A stretch of DNA of 58,296 bases, counting the filler, from Jimgerdemannia flammicorona (Eukaryota), in assembly GCA_003990765.1 (NCBI GenBank). It is 2 parts of 2 records of this genome, joined end to end, with 100 filler letters (N's around TTAATTAATTAA, not from the genome) between each part and the next. Parts side by side here need not be neighbours in the genome. Positions count along the whole stretch, not along the records: positions 1 to 29,101 come from RBNJ01000518.1; 1 more part is not named here. The stretch is one strand, 5' to 3'. Position 1 is the first letter of the stretch; each line of letters opens with the position of its first letter. The notes under the pieces are model-generated. The model saw nothing but the letters and a program-made list of their open reading frames with translations, was not told the origin of the DNA and ran no database searches. Below, piece after piece: positions 1 to 12,047 of this stretch. A program made the translations under genes and the position numbers.

Positions 1-10
1 AAAAAAAAAA

Positions 11-102
11 GAGATATATCTACCAAAAGCTACTTGATCTAAAAAGGATTATAACACTTAGGAGAAATGCCCACTCTAAAGTCACTTTTAGGAGATTGTA
101 AG
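11..102 (+). repeat. Fragment of a family A gypsy LTR
   Basis: Aligns by eye to the reverse complement of ~6923-7015, inside the LTR at 6526-7363. Confidence 0.7.
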
Positions 103-1050
103 GTACAATAGAGCTATAAGCTCCAGATACTATCTTCCAATCCAGGACCCTGAGCTAATGATCTTATTATATATCTACACTATCTCCTTTAATACCACCT
201 CAATGCTAGCCATTTTCTTCAAAAAATCCTAAGACAACTCATCTTTCTCAGAAGTTGTCTCTATACTCATCATTACCAAGACCTGACACACCTTCTCTCT
301 ACACACTGGGGCTCCAAGTTTACCCAGGCCTGCAGCTGGGTCTGGGTGCCAATTCTCTAGCTACCTTTCAATACTTAGGGCATCTTCTCCCTCCTTCTTC
401 TCACTTCACAGCTGCCTCTAGTAAGACTGCAATAGGTCCAAGATCTCTAGTGTCCCCAATACCATCTCTCCTATCTCATCCAATACTCTCTCTCACTGCT
501 GCCTTATCCTTCTCACCCATGATAGCCTTGACAGAAATTTAGTAGACTACTCTCTCTCCTCTATACTCTGTCACCTCAGCCTAGCTACCAGCCCTTTTAC
601 CTGCAATTCTTCTTTCTATCTAAGCAGCCTCTTCAGTTCTTCCATCTCCTACTAGATCCTCTGAACTCTCTAGTCCCCTGCCCTGCAGTCCTCTAATAAT
701 CTAGTCCATCTCTCTAGTAGGTTCACTAGCCTCTGTAAAGCCCACCTAATATACTGCCTCTACTGGGTCTTTCTCTCTCTCCCTGCCTCACTCTAATACT
801 TCTGAGCATCAGATTTCAACTATCTCTAATGATCTCCAATCTCCAACCCCTATACCCTCTAGCCAATAACCTTAGTGCTAACATCTACCATCCATTCTCC
901 CCACAAGACACTATTCTCTAACAATATAGTATTCAGACACCAATGTTCAGGTCCTTCTCTACTACCCCCAAACTCCCCTAACCCAATAGAGATATTCCTT
1001 AGAGAGATCTACTTTCTCTCCTCCTCTATATATTCTCCTTAGAACTGATA
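103..1050 (-). mobile_element. Degenerate L1/Tx1-like ORF2 segment (end of endonuclease to start of RT), inverted relative to the adjoining 3' part
   Basis: Colinear with ~54815-55700, including the regions encoding GEDGLPWDFWKKM, LAARLRWQGLEEGERPSKFLTR and GPGHWxLN; many stop codons. Confidence 0.75.
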
Positions 1051-1054
1051 TTGG

Positions 1055-2753
1055 CTTGGCCAAAGAAGCAGCTAACTAAACTGTGAATGGGAGAGGTGGT
1101 TTGGAAATTGGGGTCTTTGTAGATAATATGATAGTGAGGTTAGAGTTGTGTTAAAGATGTGGACCTTTTGTAGAAGAGAATTGAATAGTATAAGAGATTG
1201 GCTAGAGTAAAGTCAAATTGGGAAAGTGTGAGATACTGGAGATAGGTACTAATTTTAAAGGTAAAAGATGAATTTAAATAAGTTATATCTGCTGGTGAGG
1301 CTGTTCAGTATCTGGGAATTTGGTTCTCCATATATAGGACAGTTCTGCCAAGAGAGTAGTAGTACCAGATAGTACAGAAATAGGAGAGTATACTGATATA
1401 TTGGTCTGAGTGAAATGTTTTCCTAATAGGCAGAGTAGTAGTTTTGAATATATATTAGTTGCCCAAGCTATAATATTTGGAATATCATATGGATTTTCCT
1501 AGATAGATAGTGAGGAGATTAAAGATAGTTGAAGGATAGCTGTAGTAAGAGAAGTGGTTACAGATTAGTTGGGAGACCTTGGTACTGTATGTAGCTAATG
1601 AGGGCTTGGAGCTGATAGACTTTAGGTAGTGGTTAAAGGCTCTCTGGGGCTGGTAGGGGCTCTAGCTAGTGGAGCTGAGAGAGGGATAGTAGGGCAGGCT
1701 AGTAATGAACAATTGGGAGGTCTAGTTCTACTTCTATAGTAAAGAGTGAAAGGATATGAGGGGGTTACTCTGGAGGAGGAGAAGTTGGTAGATTGTGATA
1801 TAGAGATTTCTGGTAGAGTATTGTAAAGGCCTAGTTGGTCATAAGGTTGGCTGAGTCTATAATTGAAGAAGGTATAGACCCTGAGTAGTAGTAGTGGAGA
1901 TGGAAGTTACTTCATGTGAGTAGTAGGAGCTTAGAGGAGTATTTATTAACTAAGATAGTAGAATGAACTAGGACAAGCTCCCTTAAGAGGTAGCCAGTAG
2001 ACTGATAGATGGTAGGAATCAGTGAGATGTAGGAGTGAAGCTAAGTCTGAGAGTAAGTGGCCTCTTTATACAAGATAGTACCTCCTAAGTATTGGGTAGT
2101 GTGGTGATAATTCTTGAGAAGAAATGTGATATTGGGCTATCAAATAAACTGGATGATAGTGGATAGTTATCAAGAGTATGAGTGGTGTACTGAGATAGGT
2201 AGAGAGATAGATCAGATACTAGAGTATATATTAGTAGTCTGTCCTAGTGTAGAGAACTATTGATAGAGCTTAGAGGGGTACTGAGACTCTGAGGGTAAGA
2301 GGTTGGGAGATTCCATCAATATAGTGGTTAAATACTGGCTGGTGGAGGAGATTAGAGATGTCTGAGATAGTGTCAATTAGATCTTTAGAGTATGGATCCT
2401 AATGGCTACATACTGGTAGTAAGTTTTTGATAGAAATCAGTAGATGGAGATTAGAGAGTTAGTGGAGAGATAGCAGTAACTACTCTATAAAGTAGTATAG
2501 GGATATTAGTATCAGAGGAAGTGGTGTTAGTTGGGGGCTCTAAGGAGAGTATAGGATATTGTTTAGAGAAGTAGAGATTGCTTAGTATTGGATAATAGTA
2601 GAGAGAGAGAGTATTAGCTGATGGGTCCTTTGGAATAGTTAGTCTGACTTCTCTTAGTTAGACTTTGTAAGCTATCAGTAAGGTTAGGATGTTGTATATT
2701 TTAGTAGTATAGATCAATTTGGTAATAAATAGATAAAAGAGAAAAAAAAAAAA
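1055..2753 (+). mobile_element. Degenerate L1/Tx1-like 3' part (RT C-terminus to poly-A)
   Basis: WKLGSFVDNMIV at ~1102-1137 corresponds to WKVGAFADDMVV of the intact copies; remnants of KLNWxKCE, YLGI and LPKL; AATAAA at ~2724 and poly-A at 2742-2753. Confidence 0.85.
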
Positions 2754-5572
2754 TCTCAGAGATATTTAATTTCTCTTTTTTCTATAGAATCTAGGACTTC
2801 TATAAAATTTATAGGATCTCCTACTCATTCTTGATAGATTTTATATCTGATAAGTACTAGAATGTTATTTCCTAGATTATAAATCTTGAGAGCCTTCTTC
2901 TTTAGTTTTCTGGTCTTGTTTCTTCAGATCTGAGATCTGTTATCTCCTCTTTTAAGTATATATAGTAATATCTTAACTGAGATAAATCTTCTAATATAGA
3001 TAGTCTTGGTAGTCTGGATGTTTTCCATGTTTGCAATATTCTATTACTCAAAAATACAACTCTCAGTTATTGATTTCTTACTGTCTTGAGAATTAGGATT
3101 TATTCTAGTCATAAGTTAGAAGAAGAGTAGCTAATATATACTTCTATTTGGAGAAATTAATCTTGTTCATTGGTCTATCTTCTCAATATTATAGTGGTTT
3201 CTTAAAAGATAGTTGTCTGTGTAATTATAATTAGAGATTCTGATCTACAGTATTTTTATCTTTCTTACTAGTTCAGTAAATAGCACTAATAGCAGCAGTC
3301 TCAGAGAGAGTTGAAGAACTATCTAATACTGATATCTTCTTAGCTAAAAGGCTCTTTTCTGATTTATTTCTTATCTTGAGACAATAGCAACTATATTTGG
3401 TCCTTCTTTAATATTCCAGAAATCATTATCTTCTAGTAGTATCTAGCAAGAGTTATCTTAAAGAATAAGTTCAGAGAGTTTCTTCTGTTCAGAAACTTCT
3501 TGTTCAGAGGTTTCTTCATCAGATATTTCCTACTTCTAGATTGCTTATACTTCTATAGTTTTAGTTATAAATATCTTTAGAGAATAGTTGTCTTTCTTCT
3601 TTCTTTTTCTATATTAAGAATAGCCTATACTAGATAAATTTCTTATCTCAATGATCTTGGAGAAATGTTTAGAGTACTTGTATCTTTTGAGATAGACAAG
3701 AAATCCTCTGACTTATTCTGTGATAGCTCTAATTGTGATATAAATAGTATCTTTTATCTATATATTATCTTCTGGTCTATCATCTATAAGATTGATTTAT
3801 AAGTTAAGTCTGGGGTTATTTCTATCTTCAGATTCTTTTTCTTTTTCTATAGTAGATTCTTTACTACTAGCATACTCTTCTAGGATAGTAATCTTCTTCT
3901 TCTTCTTTAATTACTCATAGCTAGTCATCTTGATTCTGTACTTTTTTTCTCTATAGTTGATTTGAGTCTTATTGATCAATATTAATAACTGTATTCATTT
4001 TCTTCATCTAGTTGGTGCTAAGAATTATATCATAAATAACAGCTTCAGTGACAATAGCTTTTGAAATAGAGAACTGAATATGTTTAAAGAAGATGGTAAT
4101 ATTTCATATTTCTTTAAGAGACTGAGTTTGGGCTCTATTTGCTACTATAATGCTAAGATTGGATAGTCTATCAATGGACCACTAGAGGGTATCTAGGAAT
4201 TACTTGATAATAATACAGATAGTTGTTCTTATATCAATGAGGATTTTTACCTTCTATCCTTTAACATCTCTATGTATATATATACTAATATATCTCTCTA
4301 TAGCCTAGATAGTAGTTAGTACTAGTTCTTATTGTGGGATTAAGACTTAGCCAATGCTGGACCTCATAGTTCTCAATAGTTTATTTTGAACTCCAGCAGA
4401 TATTAGTTATAAGAACTATAAGAGAGAGGCTTCTATCTTGGCTTTTTAAATTATTTATCAGACTTCATTATAGATATCTCTGGATATAGTCTTTGGAATG
4501 TACTTTTTCTTAAACTTCAAGACAATAGGCACTTGTTTTTTTTATTCTATTTCTTCATCCTCTGACAGTAGTTCATTTGTTTTAAAGATAAAAGATAAAA
4601 GAGACTAGAGGGGTATTTTGATCTACTCTTCTTCATCTTTCTCATCTTCTTTCTAGATAGTTTTTCTGCTGATATTTCTGAATAGCCTTCTTATTGATCT
4701 CTTCCTTTTCTCAGCTGAGTATATTGTTTTTCTGAAGATAATCTTGGTTAGATATAGATCTAGATCACTATAGTCTTTGCTGTTGTTTTTTTCTTCAAAA
4801 TCTTCAATAGAGTAGGCTTCAGTCTTCTTATATTTAATTGTATTCTTCAATTTGGTGGTTCTGAGTCCTTTTTATCACTTCTCTTACTGTCATAATCTGT
4901 GACATAGTGTCTGAACTATCTATAATAGAAGTATTAAACTTGAGCTCTATCTCAGAGTAGATATCTCCTTTCTTCTTATAACTAGTAGCTTCTGTTATCT
5001 CTGGGTAAGTAGTCTTGATTTCTTTATAGTATGTAATCTCTGCTGTCTTGTAGACAGCTCTAATTTTGTATATATATAGTGAGTTTTTCAATTTGCTCAA
5101 CCAATTAGTTCAACATAGAGTTATTGTCCTGAATTTCATTTCTCTATTTCTTCTACTCCTTTTCTGGCCTTTCTTCTTCTAATTTTTCATATTCTTAAAG
5201 GAGTCCTTATAGGGTTTTAATCAAGAGGTCTTCCTTACTATTCTACTTATTATAATTACTTTAGGTAGTTCTTTATCTAATATTAAAAAATTCTTAAGCT
5301 ATATCTACTTATTCTTCAGATCTTCTGATATCTAGAATGTAGACATACTGAGAAATATTTGGGGAAATCCTATTCATAAAGATCATTGGATTTATAATGT
5401 CTTAATTGGTGATATTAAATCTAGCTATATATTCTTTTCTGAATTCTATTGAGAATACTCTAAGTGATTCTCTGAGATTCATCTTTATCTCTATGATAAA
5501 TTCTTGAACTTTATGGCAGGTTTCATTTCCTGTATATTTTTCAATAAGTCAGTAAGTCATAACTTCATATTC

Positions 5573-5575
<3 letters not shown>

Positions 5576-5612
<37 letters not shown>
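5576..5612. repeat. 37-nt poly-T tract inside relic gag
   Basis: Homopolymer run with no counterpart at the homologous site (~41420) of the full-length copy. Confidence 0.9.
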
Positions 5613-5616
<4 letters not shown>

Positions 5617-6525
5617 AGCCAGTGGATAATAGCTTTATATTTTTTATCTCAAGAAACTACTATCTAGATAGCTATTTTAAGATCTATATGTATATTATTT
5701 ACTATTCAATTGAAAATTTCTTTGGCTGGTTTTCTGAGTTGGGCTAAGTAGTAAAGTTCTTTAGAGTTGTAATTTCTTTAGTTATATTAAGGAATTCTCT
5801 TAAGTATTCTTCTGGATATTCTACAAAGATTAGTATTGAGATGACTGTTTTATTATTACTGTCTTTTGGTTCTGATTCTGGGTCTGATTCATCTTTTGAG
5901 TTATTGCTAGAGCTTGAGATACTTAGATATCTTAAAGATATAGTTGTTGGTCTTGAGTAAGATATAGTAGGTCTGAGTATTCTTAAAGATATTGAACTAA
6001 GAGAATTTGCTGATTCTGGTAGTAGTGAAATTAGTAGTACTTTTGTTACAGAAAACTGATATTGGATAATGTAATCTTCAAGTTCTTATATAAGTTTATT
6101 AAAAGTTTGAATATGGTCTTCTGTATTTTCTAGCAAGTCAAATCTCTTGATAGTATATCTGCTGTAGAAAACTAATATGAATAATGTGATCTTTAAATTC
6201 TTATATAAATATATTAAAGTTTTTAGTAGAGTTGTCTATATTGTCTGATTGATATAATTAGGTCAGATCTCCTAGTAGTAAGTCTCTTAGTACTAGTTGA
6301 GAGTTCTATACTATACTGACCTTTTGTTAAAATTCTTTTAATACTAGGTAGTTAGTAAGTATTGAGATAATTACTTCTCTTCTTATTTAAATACTAATAA
6401 TGACTTATTCTCCTATAGTGGTAGAGTTTGATATTATGTCAAATATATTCAGTTTGGCTATTAGGTTCTTATGAGCTAAAAAAGTCATATAGATTTTTAG
6501 AAATCTTTTTAGTTGAGACTCCAAA

Positions 6526-7363
6526 TATAACATATTGACTTAATAAAGATAAATTACAAAATTAGAGCTATTATGTAAATTAGTTTGAAACTCTAATTAC
6601 TTTGTTAAAAAGCAATAAAATGTTCAATAGTTTCTCTTCAAAGTAGATATAAATTTTGTTTTATATAATATAGATAATTTTAGTGGATTTTCTAATTAGA
6701 TAGAATTATTATAATATGGTAAATTTGGCAGATTTCTTAAGTAGTGCAGATTCTCTATAACAAATTCAGTAGATAAATATATTAGTTTTTTGGCTTAGTC
6801 TGGCAAGTATACTAAAATATAATAGATTTCTTAAATTCAGGCTTAATCTGATAAATATATCAAAATTGATAGACTTCTTTATATTAGAAAGTAGACTAGA
6901 GTACATATAAATTAAATATTAAGCTCACAATTTTCTAAAAATAACTTTAGAGCAGATGTTTCTCCTAAGTATTACAATCCTTCTTTGATCAAGTGGCTTT
7001 TGGCAGATATATCTCTTGAAGTATAATAGACTGAGGTTTATTCACTCTTATCTCTTGGGTATTTTATATAGTTGTGGTTACTATCTGATTGCTATCTGGG
7101 TAATTATAAAATGTGCAGTAATATTACTTTAGAGAGAGAGTGACCAGGTGTACCTACTAGAGACAGGTATGTCTGCTGAACACAGATATGTCTGCTGGAC
7201 ACAGGTGTGTCCACTGGGCACAGGTGTATCCTTAGGGCACAGATCAACATACCCAATTTGGTACATCTGGCTAATTATATAAGTTGTAGTGAATATGGGT
7301 AACTAGGTGTGGGTAACTATGCTATGATGTCATCTGGCTATACTATGTTATTCGCTCGTCACA
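6526..7363 (-). repeat. 5' LTR (~838 bp) of the family A relic
   Basis: Begins TGTGAC on the minus strand at 7363 and ends with a decayed TTACA next to the PBS; TATA/AATAAA module at ~7035-7070. Confidence 0.75.
7145..7243. repeat. 19-bp tandem repeat (about 5 units) in LTR U3
   Basis: CAGGTRTRTCYRCTGRRCA-like units start at 7145, 7164, 7183, 7202, 7221 and 7240. Confidence 0.8.
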
Positions 7364-7719
7364 CTAGGTATGTAAACGCCATCAAGGTGATGTCATTTAT
7401 GTCATCAGAAAGACTTCCGATACTCCACAATCTTGAACAATTATAAACGCAATTAAGTAATTGTCACAATTATTATGAAGACATAAAGTTTATGTGATAG
7501 CTTTTTCATTAGTGCAAACCCTCTATAAGTGCAAGATAAAGGCCAGTTCCTCGGGCCTCTATCTAGTGACTATTTTTTCTTTTTTAATATTGTACAACTG
7601 TATGTCGTAATCTTTTTATTTGAATTGTGTCCTGACATCAGCAAACCATTCAATTAGGATAAGTCACAAGGCTTCGCGTCACCTTTCCTCCTTACCGCAC
7701 ACCACACATTCCCACCAGT

Positions 7720-8351
7720 ATGAGCGAACCCAAGAAAGACCCCCCCCCCCCAACCCAAGCCCGACCCATCTCCTTTCGCCCAGGACAAAGGGGTCGATGA
7801 TGACCGTCGCGGGTATAATGCTATCCTTTTATCTAGTGCCTTGGAGGACGTATATCTTGTTTTGATTGTTCGTTTGAAAAATCTTTGTAGGGGGAAAGGA
7901 GAAGAAATCACCATCACGATTAGAACGTTGGATGTCAAAAACCCGGTGGAGCTATTCAAAATCGAGAAGGAAGCTACCTTGGGCAAGTTGTTTTACATGC
8001 TTGAGCAGGTAAAATTTCGTCGTCAAAATGCCTTAGTGTCGTTCGTCATGTATTATGCGGCATGGACTGAAATTCCGGGTGTATGAACCATGCACAGCTT
8101 AACCCCAAAGGTCTCGACTTCATACTGAAACGTGAACTCGGGGGGGGTGAGTTCGAAGAAATCGATTCCAGTCAGGAGAATCGCACTTTATTGGAGATTG
8201 GAGTCACTGAGAAATGTACCATTGTAATGGTGGTGAGTACAAAGAAGCGGTCCTTCTACGTTCACGGAATCATAAGCCTTTCGTTTTGACCAAGAAACGA
8301 TTTTTTTTTTTTTTTTTTTTTTTAATCCAATATCAACAGGAAGAAAAATGA
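7720..8351 (+). CDS. Small 4-exon host gene, ~118 aa, ubiquitin-like/UBX-like fold predicted
   Basis: Exons 7720-7812, 7891-8008, 8098-8232 and 8340-8351 with GT-AG introns and matching phases. Protein MSEPKKDPPPQPKPDP...ITITIRTLDVKNPVELFKIEKEATLGKLFYMLEQ...NRTLLEIGVTEKCTIVMVEEK*. Requires a 1-nt indel in the poly-C at 7740-7751. CpG retained. Confidence 0.6.
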
Positions 8352-9409
8352 TAAATCGAATCGAGCTTTCGCAAATAAGCGGGGGTGTGTTTGAGGATGT
8401 GTGATGGTGGTCGTCATCAACAATTTTTGTTTATGAATGGTGGGTTTTCGTCAAATTATGTTTGGGACGGGGTGTTTTGTAACATTGTTGACGATGTATT
8501 AGTATAGGGTTTATATTAAATTTTAAGCGGACACGTGTGCAAACCCTGGTTCGCCCATAACCAATGTCGTCGATCTATCTCAACAATGCAAGACTCTTGA
8601 TCTAGCCGACCTACGGGTGTTCCTCCCCGAGGTTTTTTTATGAACTCGGGTGCCTTGCTTGAAGACGTGGCTCCAGCAGCTAATCATCACATTTCATAAA
8701 GGTATCTTTTGTAATTTGAATATCATGAGGTGGATATTAAAGGTCAATGTTACTCGTAATTGATTTGCAGATAACCGGCTTCAGTATTAAGCCAGTAAAA
8801 ATAATAAATAAAATAAATTGATTGCATTAAAAAAAAAAAAACAGGTTATATTAGCTATAATGAAATTATAAATTTCTTTAAGCTTATTTTTTAAGGTTTA
8901 AAAAAAATAATATAATGAGATAGATATTATTACATAAAACTAAAAATAAGTTTATGTAAAAATAGAAAATATTATAATTTTTAATTCTAATTTATATAAT
9001 TATTTCGATTTATATTTATTAAAATATTTAGATTATTAAAATATAATTTTTATTATACTTAATAATTATCTTAAATATTTGAAATTTGACATGATATATC
9101 TTTTGTATAAAAAAATAGATTATATGAGTGTAATATGTAATATGTTAAAAGGATGTGGAAACCGGCGGGAAAATGCTCTGTGTGAACAATGGAGATGTGA
9201 GTCTTCTGTGTTGCACTAGAGAAGCACAGATAATCTCTGTGGCCAAAACCGGATAGCTACCCGAAGAATTCTTTTTTTCTCACCTGCTGATCTGGGTTGG
9301 TGACGCGCGGGGTGTCCAAATGCGGATTCGCCAACTGAGTGCAATCGTCCTTTCTTTATGGCCTTGTCTTTCCTGGCCAACGCGATCGGGCCATGTGATC
9401 ACTTCTCAG

Positions 9410-10900
9410 AATGTAAATCTCAGAACGAACGTGGCGTAGGTTGTCGACGTTCTTGTCATTGGTGCTGGGCCCGTCGGACTGTTCGCAGCCTATAACTGGG
9501 TGAGGCAAGGAGTTTCAGTTCGCATTTTTGGTATGGCTCAAATCCATGATGTTCATCAGTTATTGTATTTCGAACGGATCTGAACTCAACCTTTCGAGCC
9601 AGACATGCTTGCCGAACCGCAGCAAGGTGGCCGGGCAGAGGGCATGCAACCGCGCACAGTCGAAATTCTCGCAAGCGTCCGAGTTGATACAACTAGGCTT
9701 CTGCAACAAGTTTTGGACTACCTACAACAATGGCGTGCAGGTTGACAATATGTCGGCGATCTCCGATTCCAAGTGTGAGTTCGACTACATGCTCCTTCAT
9801 TTGGAGCGCGTGCTGAACGAGGCACTGATGAAACATGGCGTTGTCGTCGAGGGACCCGTGACGATCGAGCGTCTGGAAGTGTCGGAGGAAGAAGATAACA
9901 AGTACCCCGTAACGGCCGAGTTGAGGAATTCGAGGAAGCGGAGCACCAACTGGTTTACGCAAAATATGTAATCGGATGCGACGGCGGCCACAGTTGGCTG
10001 AGGAATTACATTCGATGGACAGACGATTTCGATTACGTGGGGTGTTATCGATGCTATCATCGAGTCGAATGTTGGCGATGCCCAAGGTCGGTCAGTATCA
10101 CAACCTTTAAAGTTCGTATTTTGTGTTTCTTTTAAAAATAGTGGGTGTTTTAATAATGTGATATTAATTTTTCCATGCAGGGATTTTATAACGAGCACGG
10201 AGGAACGCTTTACATTCTCAGTGAACTGTGTCTGATTCGCATGTACGTTAAAATGCCAAAAGAGATCAACAATCGTCAGGAGAGAGCGAATGTAAAGTTG
10301 GATAACATTTTGGAGCAGACAGTGAAAATTTTGAACCGTTCAAGGCGAAGGAGGTGGTGTGGTGGACCTCCTATATCAGTGAGTGTATCCAATTTTATAC
10401 TATGAAATACGAGTCGGACAACGCGTGGCGGAGCAGTTTTCGTATTTGAATCGCATATTCCTTGCGAGTGATGCTTGGTAGGCAACAGCCTTAGTAATGT
10501 TTCCTTCGCGCCATGTATATTTATATTGAGTTACCGAATATTTTGACGATTGTGAAATACTTTTCATCTTTTTTTATTTTTTTATTTTATTTTATTTTAT
10601 TTTTTTTTGAATCCACAGCTACACACATAGTCCAACCGTTGGACAAGGTAGGGGATTCACTCAACACCAACAAATTCGGTCAATATAGATACAGTTTTCT
10701 CAAAATGTTATTTTCTCTTCTCCTTCCACGTAGGTCTCAACAACGGCCTAAACAACGCCTTCAATCTTGCCTGGAAACTCTCACTGACCCTCAAGGGTGT
10801 AGCACAACCAAATTTCCTCTCCACGTACCAGACGGAGCGAAATCAATAGCAGAGCAAGTGATTGACATCGACAACTGTATTCACCCCGCCCGGCTTGGGG
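9410..10900 (+). pseudogene. FAD-dependent aromatic (phenol 2-monooxygenase-like, FAD_binding_3) monooxygenase pseudogene with introns
   Basis: VDVLVIGAGPVGL (9443-9481), GRAEGMQPRTVEIL (~9628-9670), KYVIGCDGGHSWLR (~9963-10004), RVAEQFSYLNRIFLASDAC, THSPTVGQG and AFNLAWKL...LSTYQTER; frameshifts, stops and no recognisable C-terminal domain. Confidence 0.85.
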
Positions 10901-12047
10901 TCCGCCCATCACAAGGAGTTCCTGTACGTAATATTTAAGGAACGGTTTTGGCGTCGAATACGATCCGAACCTCCGACGACTTCACGTCGAACGCTTCGAG
11001 GTCGAGCTGGCTCTGTTGGCGGGGCAGCGGGGCACCAGACGGGTTCGTGACTAGGCATCGCGACGAAGAAACAATCTGATTGATTAGGGAGATGCCGAAC
11101 ACGAACACGAAATCGTTAACAATTGGTTTCTGACACAGGGCTCTGGAAATGTCTTTTCCTTAACAATAAAAAATCCAGTTTGATTTGTCCATTAACGGCG
11201 ATGAATAGAAAATAATAATAGTTGAGAACATTCTTATTGGCGTTAAGTATATACGGATAGTTCATAAGTTTATACTCTCTGTTTCACACACGGTCCACCT
11301 AACCGATCGGACCGGACCGGTCTATTTCGGAAGGGGTATATACAAATAAGAAAACTGGCCGATATTTGTTTACAATTTTGAGGGTATGAAAAATATCTTA
11401 ATTTATCTCATCGGAGCACGATCGCCGTCCATTCCCCGGTGAGCAGAAATGGTCCTGCCAAATAGGCATATGGAGAACATCATCGCAAAATAATGGCGAT
11501 GCGGCATGTACTTGTCTGGACGATGGACTGTCTGGATGGAAGAAGGGCGATGAACGACAGATGACGGAAGGCCTACAGGATGACGATGCACGACAATACG
11601 TGATACCGTCCGCACGTCACCAGACATTCCCTACCTTCCGTTGGACCCGAAGCCGAAGTGATGGGAACAGACAATACAGAGCACTAGTAGCTGATACCCT
11701 CACGATGCCATGGTCCCAATATAAAATTTTCGCAATATTATTAATATATATACAATAATAAGTGCAGATTTTGCTCCAAATAATTCATATAAAATCATAT
11801 TAAAGAGTAATTTAAATCACTCAGAATTAAAATAAGAATTTTATTAAATTAATTTAAATAAATAAAATAAAGTAATTTTACAAAAGTAGATTTTAAATTG
11901 AATTAAATAATTGAACCATTTAATTATTTAACTATCTCAATTTTAAATTTAACATATAAAATTTATTTTATTATATATATTTAAAATATAATATAATTTT
12001 ATTATATTTAATAATTATTCATTTAGGTTTAAAAATTAGTTATTTAT

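Larger units (their letters stand above)
2754..7363 (-). mobile_element. Degenerate family A gypsy copy: 5' LTR, PBS, gag, protease and Cys/His region, truncated just before dUTPase
   Basis: Reverse complement is colinear with ~40570-44254; PBS relic at ~6506-6523. Confidence 0.85.

Noticed and set aside
8800..9150. AT-rich block between the host genes (also 11730-12047)
   Set aside because: No termini, repeats or decodable protein; probably a fully decayed repeat but not assignable.
11290..11720. GACGATG and GACCG short repeats with GAGCACTA at ~11679 resembling the MITE end
   Set aside because: No matching left TIR or TSD found, so an element cannot be supported.
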